From NCBI RefSeq assembly GCF_902652985.1, contig NC_047016.1, positions 33,480,001 through 33,544,000 of the forward strand: a DNA stretch of 64,000 nucleotides, in the 5' to 3' direction. This DNA is from Pecten maximus. Taxonomy: Eukaryota. Below the pieces are notes generated by a model, which was not told where the DNA came from, did not search any database, and worked only from the letters and a program-made list of their open reading frames with translations. Numbering within the stretch: position 1 is the first letter of the stretch; each line of letters starts with the position of its first letter. Positions 53,358-64,000 of the stretch are shown one piece after another. The translations under genes were made by a program, and so were the position numbers.

Positions 53358-55199
53358 TCTGTTACAGACAGATAACTCGTTTATGACAAACATGATAAAT
53401 ATAAACTTAGCCATATATTCTGGTTAAAGCAAATTAGTACAATCTAGAAGAGATTAAGTATAACGGATTTGTTATGGTTTTACAACATGGATACAATTTA
53501 ATCCCTGGCATCACTTAAAAATTGTCCCCAGAGGAAATGATTTTGTAATTCAAGTAAACAATTTATGAAATAATAAATACAACTTTTTGGTGATTGAGTG
53601 GCCAAGCAGTGGACAATCACTTGCTTAATCATCAAAATAATTCTACTTTGTTTTCTGCTTTTGTTACATGTAAATCTGTTGGAATCATAGGGGCTTGACA
53701 GGTTCCAATGAAGAAAAAATTCAACTCAGGGTCTGACTCCTAGATCACTTGTCAATAAGTGATTTGGGGGGGGGTCAGAACTTGGATTTAAATTTTCAAT
53801 ATTGGTCAAAATGGAACTGTCAAGCCCCTGTGGTTGAAATTGTCATTCTAATGACCTTTTTATCTGGTCCAAAAAAATCATGACATTTGCTAACCACTTT
53901 CTCGATGAGCCTTTTATGAAATACAAATGTATTATCTTTTTATGAAATATAAACCACAGATTACCATATATTTTCCAAAATTGAGGTTTAAAACTTGTTG
54001 TTTGACATTAGCAGTATATGGTCATCCCCATATTAGTAATATTCAGACTATCCCAAACAACTAAGGATAAAACACCCTGTTGAGGACACACTCAAGAATA
54101 CATACATACAGTACCTATTACAAACCAGGAGAAAAAGAGCATTCATATACCGTGGTAATGTTTAAAGCACAAACTGAATTCTACTGACTGAAATCAGGCA
54201 TCTGACCCTTAGGTCATCGGAACAACGTTTCAAAGTGGATTCCTTCAGATCCTATAAGTATTGGGTCAAGTCTAGCTGTGATATTGAGCCTCCTGAAAAA
54301 TATGAGCTGATCTACAATAGCATGCTTAGTGTTGGGTGTAAAATATAAACAGTATGATAATTTGTACTACAGTCACCTTGTCGACAACATATGTTTTCTC
54401 CTGGAACTATCCTCCTACAGTAAACAAAATAGTACATGTGTTCATCCATCACTTTTATGTTATCTATTACCATTTCAGATGTAACACCTGAAGCCATAAT
54501 TCATAATATTTATTACACTGCCTCTGCTAGGATCAATTAAAACCTGGGACCTCTGGCTTAATTAATAATCCTGAAACCCTCAATTGATCAAGCTAATCAG
54601 AAGTTAATGGCATATTACAATGTGAGTTTGTAGGGTACAGCAATGCTGTGAAATTGTGAAAGCAATCAACACAAAGTATAATTTATTAGATTTATTTTAG
54701 ATTTTATTTAGAGAAATTCTCTCTAACCGAGAAGTATTTTATGGGTAATATTTACCAGTTTAAAGAGACAATGATATCTTTCAATGTTATAAGATTGGGT
54801 AGTTTGGTAATTTAATTTTAAATTTTAACCTTCATTATGCACATATTGATTTAAAATAAAAATAAAAGACAAAGCTTCGTCACAGATACGGATGGCTGGG
54901 GATAAACAAGACAGACTACAACAAAAGCGCATACATACTAGTACTAATTGGGGAATAAAACATAGCCTTGTACAACCAGAGACGTATATACCTGATATAC
55001 AAGTCTCTGGTACAAGTTACAACACATGTACATGCTGGTCAATTATGAAAAAAAGTTCTTACCAACAGTATTGACTTTGCCTTTCTTAATTCTCAAATAG
55101 CTGCTTCTCTGTCACAAGTCACGACTGTCTAAGGTAAAAACAATCGTTACAGTTTATATGGTAATCAGTGTGTGCTAGATCCGGTTCTGAGAAAGTGAA

Positions 55200-55520
55200 A
55201 ATGGGATGATCGAGTTAGCTGGTACTCGCGACGTAAGACGGAACTACGATTAAAACAACATCCTGTACGGAGATATGGGATGTTTACTTTTAAGATGATA
55301 AACTGCACTGTTACCTAGATATCGACAATCTTATGTCACGTGGATGCCACTTACCTGTGTAAATAAACCACGGCGATAGATTATAAATCTACTATACCAG
55401 GTACACAGGTGGCGCTTGTAGTTGTAGTGTACTTTCGTTTTCAGAAAGGGAGGTCACTACGGTTTGTATTAAGAAAATGAAAGTACATTTGTAGGTGGCA
55501 ACGTACACGTGACATCTTAG
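55200..55520. promoter_or_regulatory. Putative shared (bidirectional) promoter region between CRYZ and the PLP lyase
   Basis: Locally CpG-richer. A strong minus-strand donor CAG|GTAAGT at ~55349-55357 suggests a CRYZ 5'-UTR exon. The ATG-containing exons of both genes begin with splice acceptors, so both TSSs must lie upstream between them. Confidence 0.4.
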
Positions 55521-55924
55521 TACTGGCAGTTATGTGATTTCGTAAGTACAAACAGTTTTGCATATACATGTTTTTATCCTGAAAATATTGCAATGTTAAT
55601 TAGTATGCACAATTATCATTGTTACAATCCTAACGTTAGGTATATTTCTATGCCAAGAAAGCTTTACTCTCCACAAGGCTGGGTAACATATGTCAACACT
55701 ATTATATTAAGTATTCATATACATTTCTGAAATCTTATAAAAATCGGGGTTATCGATGTATAAAGTGATGTCATATGTTACTCAAAATCCCGAAAACTAG
55801 CCCCTGTGATTTGATTCACATCCAAATGGATATGCCATATGCATGGCTGTTAAATTTTGGCATACATGTACCGATTGAGGGTATCCCCTTGTCAAGTATT
55901 CCCCTCACTAGAAACCAGGTTTGG

Positions 55925-56029
55925 TCACATGCACCAGATGTAAGAGGAGTGGGAAAATGCACAGCCCGACTGGGTTCAATCCCGGACCTTCGAACAGCTA
56001 TAGCCGAATGCTCTACCAATTGAGCTACA
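55925..56029 (-). mobile_element. tRNA-derived SINE head fragment
   Basis: TGTAGCTCAATTGGTAGAGCA (A box) ... GGGATTGAACCC (degenerate B box), followed by non-tRNA sequence; no proper acceptor stem. Confidence 0.55.
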
Positions 56030-56726
56030 ATATGTACATGTACATGTACCTGGTCGCTGATTATAATAATGTACATATAGATACAGTTGTCTTCTAGCTT
56101 CATGCTATAGGATATTTCCCTTTAGCTTGATATTAACTGGTTGAGCAGTGGACTGGCAAATAAGCTAGCTCTGCTGATCATTTAATTAGTGCAGTTGGTT
56201 AGATTCCATGTTGGATCGAGACACAGATATATATAGCTGCTTGCTTTCCTGTTACATTTGGTACTGTTGCATGACTGTTTCAAGTACAAGCTATAGGAGC
56301 TTGAGAGGTTTGGCTGAAGTTAGAAAGAGGGACCTGGTTGATTTGGTGTCAGGGATGAACACATTGAAAAAAAGGGCAAAGGGGGCTTAAGTGTTGAAGG
56401 TTTAATATCAGGTAATGTAAGTATTAATAGTGAAATTATCATGCTCACCTACTAGCCATTCTACAAAATGTAGCTTCATGCTGAAGAGAATTTCCTTTAG
56501 CACAATTGATAAAGTAGCAGACTGGCGATCAAATTAGGGAAGTACAGGTTTGAGCCCCAGTGAACACACTCATGTACGTTTGTGTACATGTACAACTTGT
56601 ACGTGCATGTTATATGACATTAAGACATCTATTTGACTTATGTTCTTGTCTGTGATGTGCAGGTGCTGATTGTGTAGCTTGGCCAGTATGAGTCATTTAT
56701 TTTATTGATTTCCATTTTAGCACAAT

Positions 56727-59700
56727 ATGCAGAAAAACATCAAACGAGATTTTGGATCATTCCATGCTTCCAATGTTCAAGAGTTGTTAGAGCTTCCAGA
56801 GGTGATACACCATAGTCAATTAGTGTTCAGTTTACTCAAATTATACAAATAATTTCAAGATCAAATCATCAGATGCATTTCCTGATTTAAATAAAATTCT
56901 AAATATATGTTGTGCCAATGAAATAATTAAGTGTGGTACTGTACAAACTATAAGTTAGGTGAAAAAAAAAGGAATGAGAAATATTTGTGATATCTGTAAT
57001 TTGCTATTATTGACAGATATGCACATCATATTTTTATTTTCAAATGTTTAAATGTTATACCAAAATTAATCCAGAAAAAGAGTCAACAAAGCCTCCTTCA
57101 TGATTTTCTGTGTATACCATTGTTCTGAGTTGGGGATGACTTATCTGTTTTCTGTTCACCAGTCGGAGTACCAGCCTCCTGCTTTCCCAGTCAATATCCC
57201 GAGATTTACAGATTATCAGCTGGAAACAGGACAATGCTGCCGCTGTAATCATTTTCTTTTAGAGGTAGGAACAACATTAAGTTAGTTTTTGTGTTTAGCT
57301 ATATAGATATGTCAAAACAGTATGTGTTCATAAGTGTTTAAATGTTCAAACTTACACTAAAAGTTTCTCTATATTTGTGACCTTACAGTCATATACATAA
57401 AGTGTATGTGTATGTGGATTTGGGTAAGGGAGAACAGCTGATTACTGTAGAATATTTGCCATGTTTGACTATTTTATGTGTTTGACATAACTTCTAAATG
57501 GTTGAACTAAGGAAATACTGTTAATAGATTATATTGAACTTGCAGCCATGTTTCATTATGTAGATCTTGCATACAATTAACATGGAGGAGATTTTGGATA
57601 TATATCATTGTAAAGCTGACAATTTATATTAGCTTGTTTGACAACTGACCAGAGAACATGGTGATGGAGTTGATATTTAGAAATGTTATTCATATGGTGT
57701 ATCACTACAGGAAGACTGCACTTTCATCAACCATGGTGCATTTGGAGGTGTGCTCCGGGAGGCCATGGACACTGCTCAGGTAATGGCATCATGTGAAAGT
57801 CTCAGAAAGAATGGAACAATGGAAATATCTTACTGACTGCATCAATGTCACCATTTTAAGTATATAGTCATAAAAGACACAATGATTTTTAATGAAATAG
57901 AGATGGCACTGGGTGGGTATTTGTGTTATGGCACTGGGTGGGTATGTGGGTTATGGCACTGGTTGGGTATGTGGGTTATGGCACTGGGTAGGTATGTGGG
58001 TTATGGCACTGGTAGGTATGTGGGTTATGGCACTTGGTAGGTATGTGGGTTATGGCACAGGGTAGGTATGTGGGTTATGGCACTGGGTAGGTATGTGGGT
58101 TATGGCACTGGGAAGGTATGTGAGTTATGGCACTGGGTGGGTATTTGGGTTATGACACTGGGTAGGTATGTGGGTTATGGCACTTGGTAGGTATGTGGGT
58201 TATGGCACTGGGTAGGTATGTGGGTTATGGCACTGGGTAGGTATGTGGGTTATGGCACAGGGTAGGTATGTGGGTTATGGCACTGGGTGGGTATGTGGGT
58301 TATGGCACTGGGTGGGTATGTGGGTTATGACACTGGGTAGGTATGTGGGTTATGGCACTGGGTAGGTATGTGGGTTATGACACTGGGTAGGTATGTGGGT
58401 TATGACACTGGGTAGGTATGTGGGTTATGGCACTGGGTGGGTATGTGGGTTATGGCACTGGGTGGGTATGTGGGTTATGACACTGGGTGGGTATGTGGGT
58501 TATGACACTGGATAGGTATGTGGGTTATGGCACTGGGTAGGTATGTGGGTTATGGCACTGGGTAGGTATGTGGGTTATGGCACTGGGTGGGTATGTGGGT
58601 TATGAAACTGGGTAGGTATGTGGGTTATGTGTAAGTACCATGTGGAGAGGTTATCTTTCGTGGAGGATGGGGAAACAGCCACTGAGGTTGTATGTAATAT
58701 TTTGTAGGAGTGGCAGCAATATGTGGAGAGACAGCCACTGAGTTTATACGTAATATTTTGTAGGAGTGGCAGCGATATATGGAGAGACAGCCACTGAGTT
58801 TATACGTAATATTTTGTAGGAGTGGCAGCGATATATGGAGAGACAGCCACTGAGTTTATACGTAATATTTTGTAGGAGTGGCAGCGATATGTGGAGAGAC
58901 AGTCACTGAGGTTTTATGTAATATTTTGTAGGAGTGGCAGCGATATGTGGAGAGACAGCCACTGAGTTTATACGTAATATTTTGTAGGAGTGGCAGCAAT
59001 ATGTGGAGAGACAGCCACTGAGTTTATATGTAATATTTTGTAGGAGTGGCAGCGGTATGTGGAGAGACAGCCACTGAGGTTGTATGTAATATTTTGTAGG
59101 AGTGGCAGCGGTATGTGGAGAGACAGCCACTGAGTTTATACGTAATATTTTGTAGGAGTGGCAGCGGTATGTGGAGAGACAGCCACTGAGGTTGTATGTA
59201 ATATTTTGTAGGAGTGGCAGCGGTATGTGGAGAGACAGCCACTGAGGTTTTATGTAATATTTTGTAGGAGTGGCAGCGGTATGTGGAGAGACAGCCACTG
59301 AGGTTTTATGTAATATTTTGTAGGAGTGGCAGCGGTATGTGGAGAGACAGCCACTGAGGTTGTATGTAATATTTTGTAGGAGTGGCAGCGGTATGTGGAG
59401 AGACAGCCACTGAGGTTGTATGTAATATTTTGTAGGAGTGGCAGCGGTATGTGGAGAGACAGTCACTGAGGTTTTATGTAATATTTTGTAGGAGTGGCAG
59501 CGATATATGGAGAGACAGCCACTGAGGTTTTATGTAATATTTTGTAGGAGTGGCAGCGGTATGTGGAGAGACAGCCACTGAGGTTTTATGTAATATTTTG
59601 TAGGAGTGGCAGCGGTATGTGGAGAGACAGTCACTGAGGTTTTATGTAATATTTTGTAGGAGTGGCAGCGATATGTGGAGAGACAGCCACTGAGGTTTTA

Positions 59701-62700
59701 TGATCGTGAACTACTGCCACATCTAGTATATGTGACCAGGAGACTGGCAAAGTTTGTCCGTATGTATACCATCTGTAAAGAGGTCACATAGTCATGATTG
59801 TAGTGGTCACAATTCATAGAAGTGTTGATAAAGAAGGTGAATTTCAACACATCATAGATCAGATATTGCTGTATATATATGATATCAGTATTGCTGTAGA
59901 TATCAGTATATATCATATTTATCACCACATTATACCTATCAGATATCACTAGATATATCAGCACATATAAAATAGTTAGTATCACATTATAGATACCAAT
60001 GTCAGATATCACTAATTATCAGAGATAGTTGTAACATTATGGATATCAGATATCACTGTAGATATCAGTTCATATTATAGATATTAATATAATGGATATC
60101 AGATATCATTGTAGATATCAGCATGTATTATAGTTATAATAGAATGGATATCAGATATCACTTAGATATCAGCATGTATTATAGTTATAATATTATGGAT
60201 ATCAGATATCACTGTAGATATCAGCATGTTTTATATTTATAATATTATGGATATCAGATATCACAGTATATATCAGCATGTATTGTAATTATAACTTCAT
60301 GGATATCAGATATCACTCTAGATATAAGAATACAATTATGATTGTTCACCCCATCACTTATGACATCATTGATGTCAATACAATAGAGTCAGAAATAAAA
60401 TAGGTTAATCATCTGTGTGCTTTCATGGCGTTCTTTTGTAGGTTGTGACCCAACTGATTTGGTACTGGTGATCAACGTTACCACAGCGATAAATTCTGTC
60501 GTGAGAGGCCTGGATTTAAAGAAGGGAGATATCATCTATATCCTGAATGTGACATATGGTAGGGATAGTCTGGAAACATGGTGGTTATCAGAGAATATCA
60601 TAACATTGTCAAGGTCATAACACGATAGAAATCTACACTGTAGAGGTCAGCACACTATAAAAGTCATAGCAATGTAAAAAAGTCATCAAGCTACAGAGGT
60701 CACCTCATTACAGAGATCATCACATTGCAGAGGTCACCACAATTTAGAGGTCGTTAACACACCCTGTAGAGGTCACCACACTTCAGTAGAGGTCATCTCA
60801 GTGTAGAGGTCATTACATAGTAGAAGTCACCACACAGTAGAGCTCATATACACATACTGTAGGGTCATCACACGACCAGGGAACATGAAGAGATTATGAC
60901 ACTGTAGTTGTCATCACATGTAAGAGGTCATCACATTGAAGAGGACTTCACACTGATGAGGTCATCACATTGTAGAGGTCACCACACTTTAGAGGTCATA
61001 GCTCTATAGAGGTCACCACACTGTAATATAGAGTTCACTGCACTGTAGAGGTCATAGCAATGTCAAGGTCTTAGCACAGTAGAGGTCGCCATGCTGTAGA
61101 GGTCACAACATTAAGGTCGCATCATATATGAAGTCTCCACATGGCTAAGGTCAATGCGTACACTGCAGCAGAATTTACCAAACTGCAGAAGTCACCTAAC
61201 TTTAGAAGTTATTACAATTCAAAGGTCACCATAGCACTATAGAAGTCATTAAGTCTAAAGGTAAGAACACTTTTAAAGTTACCACAGTTTAAAGCTCATC
61301 ACAACATAAAATTCACCAATTACAGAAGTCAACAAGATGTCACCACTGTATAAAGGTTATTACGCTGTAGAGATCACCACACATTAGAAGTCACCACATT
61401 GTAAAGGCTGTTATAGAGGTTCATACAGCCCTCATGGAACTTTTCCTCAGACCAGAAATCATTCATGATACCTGACTCTATTATAGAGAACACGTGGATA
61501 TGTTGTGAGGGTTTTGCAACTACTGAGGACCAATTAGTTATGACAGTATCTTCCTGTTCCTCACTCTCATTTCATGATATTGGGTGTGCAACAGTGACTT
61601 TAAAAATTTTAAGAGTCAATGTCACTCTTTTTAAAAATGGAACAGGGAGGAATTTCACTGTATAGTATCAGGTATGAGGGATTTATATATTGAGGCACAC
61701 AGCAAGGCCATTTCTAATTAACCTGCCAGTGTAAACAGTTGTGATTTTAAAAGTTTTTGTTTTCATTCTTAAACTTAGCTAGGAGGTTTTGTCTTCATAT
61801 CAGGTTGGTATAATTATAGTGCGCCATTTAACCTTATTATTGTGTCTGGCACAAAGGAGAAGTTTATAGCTCAATTTATTGCTACTGTAATAAAAACTCT
61901 TGTTTCAAGAAAATTAATGAATAACATGAAATTACCAAACTCTGAATTAGATATAGTGTATACTGCTGGTGACAAGCACAATTAATTGTCCCACAGGAGC
62001 TGTCAAAAAGCTGTTACAGTATGTGTGTGAAGTTACAGGAGCTGTGTTACAAGAGGTTCAGCTAAACTTTCCTATCACCAGTAAAGATCAGGTGAGAGTG
62101 ATAGCTATGGATTATCATGATTACAGTCACAATCAATTATGAATGTAATATAAATATGTATGCAATGCTGACTTTGTATTTTGCAAAAATATATCCAGAA
62201 TAAAATACCAGTTCAAGATATTTGTTATTATTTTTCAGGTGATTTCCCTAGTTGAGGAAAGTTTACAACCAGGAGTGAAATTGGCAGTGTTTGACCACAT
62301 ACCCAGTAATGCTCCTGTGATTCTGCCTTTAATGGAAATCATTGGTGTTTGTAAAAACAGGTGGGTTCTCAATAAGTGTCTTGCATTGTTAAAGCCTCTC
62401 TCTTTTCAAAATGTATATTTATTTAGTGTCCAAATTAATCTAGTGTCACTTTGTCACTTTTGACCCATATAAGAGGGATAATTTGTTAACCAAGAAAAGC
62501 AAAAACCATTCTCGGCCCCATCAGTTGTCAAACTTAATTATTATCATACCATTTAATAAAACGGAATCAGCAGAAGAAACTCTCATTGATCAGGATGAGC
62601 AAAATGTAGCATTTTACCACAAATAAAGTCGATCAGCGTAATATATGGTACATGTTCCATTGTACCTTTTTACGAAATTGACAATATAACAATTTGCATT

Positions 62701-63072
62701 GTTCATGTATTACAATTATCCCTCAACATTGGTTCTCATTAATAGATCTGTTTTTAATTAACCTTACTCTAATCTACTAATCCCTTTTTAATTATTGATA
62801 TACCTGCCGGTATACATTTACATACAAATGTATCTTGTTACACTCCAGAGGCATTCCAGTACTAGTAGACGGAGCCCATGCATTGGGTGCTCTCCCCTTG
62901 GACCTGAAAACTCTGGACCCTGACTACTATGTCAGCAATGCCCATAAGTGGTTCTGCTGCCCCAAGGGATCTGCATTCCTGTATGTGAGGAAGGAACTCA
63001 AGTCCCAGACCAGGCCACTGATTATCTCCCATGGCTTTGGTTCTGGTTTCAACTCAGAATTTATTTGGGCAG
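56727..63072 (+). CDS. PLP-dependent class-V aminotransferase-fold C-S lyase (hercynylcysteine sulfoxide lyase Egt2 / L-cysteine desulfhydrase / isopenicillin N epimerase-like); 3' end beyond the window
   Basis: Exons 56727-56801, 57163-57264, 57711-57779, 59660-59759, 60442-60558, 61997-62091, 62239-62360, 62849-63072, phases consistent. Motifs FINHGAFG, ERQPLRF, NVTTAINSV, TYGAV, FDHIPS, LVDGAH, SNAHKW (PLP lysine), PKGSAFLYV, PLIISHG. Confidence 0.88.
57903..58629. repeat. 25-bp G-rich minisatellite, ~29 units (TATGGCACTGGGTAGGTATGTGGGT)
   Basis: Direct tandem repetition within the lyase intron 57780-59659. Confidence 0.97.
58675..59702 (+). repeat. 56-bp tandem repeat, 18 acceptor-bearing units, made of the lyase 3' splice site plus the first 43 exonic nt
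   Basis: Unit taatattttgtag|GAGTGGCAGCGGTATGTGGAGAGACAGCCACTGAGGTTTTATG. TAG recurs at 58705+56n up to 59657; only the last unit continues into DRELLPHLVYVTRRLAKFV. Confidence 0.97.
59860..60325. repeat. Degenerate GATATCAGATATCA-based tandem repeat (~52-bp period in its 3' part)
   Basis: Recurring atggatatcagatatcactgtagatatcagcatgtattatag. Confidence 0.8.
60630..61420. repeat. Highly degenerate ~19-bp tandem repeat (CACTGTAGAGGTCACCA)
   Basis: Dozens of imperfect (T)AGAGGTCA units at ~19-20 nt spacing. Confidence 0.75.
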
Positions 63073-64000
63073 GTGAGATTTACCATACTTTAAGTAACTT
63101 ATGATGTCAACAATTTTGAAACTCAAAATTTACATCATGCTTAAGGTCTAGATGTCATTAGGTGGAAATCCAATATGGAAACATGTCAGACATCTTGATG
63201 AAACTTACATGTTTAGGTTGATGACCATATGACGAATCTAGTTAAACATACTGTAAGTAACATGAAATGTTTGTATTTCCTTTCTTTTGTTGCTTTAGAG
63301 CTTTCAGATTATTTCGTGGATGCAAACTTTTGTGCTTAGCCCATGCAACATAATACAAGAAAACATGCAACAATGTTCATTGTATTTTTATCCATGGTTC
63401 AATAGCAACCACGAAAACAACAAAAGTTAATTTACAACAAACATTTCATGTTATACAGTAATGGAAATAACCTTTATTTAAAATTGTAACCTTTATTTAA
63501 CGTTTATAACGTCAACAATCAACATAAGCTCTGTACAGTAGAGCTTCTAATACCACACTTTTGGGAACCAACATTTTAAATTATGAGGACACCGACAGGG
63601 TTTACCAATGTGCCATCGATGGGGAAAAGACTAACCCAAAAGATCTCATCTTCTGTCGAAAAGATCTCATCTTCTGTCGCAAGTGTGTCTCGAACACATG
63701 TTCTTGGGGAGAGTGTTATGAAGCACACGCTTTATTGTGTCCATCATGACAGCATTTTACTGCCTGTAATTTAGTGATTACATATAGCTACTGAAACAAC
63801 TTCACTTGTGCTTTTATATGGCTCAATAGCCATATAGCAATATTGTATACAAAGCTTGACCACCAACCTGGCACCAAGCAGTAAGATGTTGCGCGGCAAG
63901 TTGTATGGGTGATTATTTGGTATTGTTTAGTATAAATATTGAACATTCAGAGAGAGGGTGCAGAGAGCAAAAAGGAAATGTAACCCCTGGAGTTACATAG

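Noticed and set aside
58903-59466. 187-aa and 72-aa minus-strand ORFs
   Set aside because: Antisense translation of the 56-bp array.
63561-63774. Short ORFs as the next lyase exon
   Set aside because: No similarity to the expected G..D.S-type continuation, no suitable acceptor, and an internal 21-bp duplication; the gene continues beyond the window.

Overview
AT-rich, intron-rich animal genomic DNA. The repeat landscape (V-type and Meta/MESC-type tRNA-SINEs, an RNase H-bearing LINE, MITEs with internal tandem repeats) suggests a mollusc, probably a bivalve; this is inference. Contents from left to right: (1) a complete 10-exon adenylate kinase 8 gene (- strand, 855-7622, 478 aa). (2) A tandem cluster of five divergent innexin paralogues (+ strand, ~9.8-37.9 kb): three intact, one frameshifted/nonsense pseudogene and one 5'-truncated chimeric fragment, set in duplicated intergenic units. 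(3) A 5'-truncated LINE. (4) A complete 8-coding-exon zeta-crystallin/quinone oxidoreductase gene (- strand, 43478-53357, 333 aa). (5) Head-to-head with it, a PLP-dependent class-V C-S lyase gene (Egt2/L-cysteine desulfhydrase-like, + strand, from 56727, running off the window). Most notable observations: innexin paralogues are nearly identical in transmembrane and cytoplasmic segments but strongly diverged in the extracellular docking loops, and they carry N-glycosylation sequons and PPxY tails. Two different genes each have a tandem array made of their own 3' splice site plus exon start (18 x 56 bp and 6 x 33 bp). A 42-bp minisatellite is present alongside its unexpanded single-unit progenitors at paralogous positions. 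All exon structures were derived by hand; no database searches were run.
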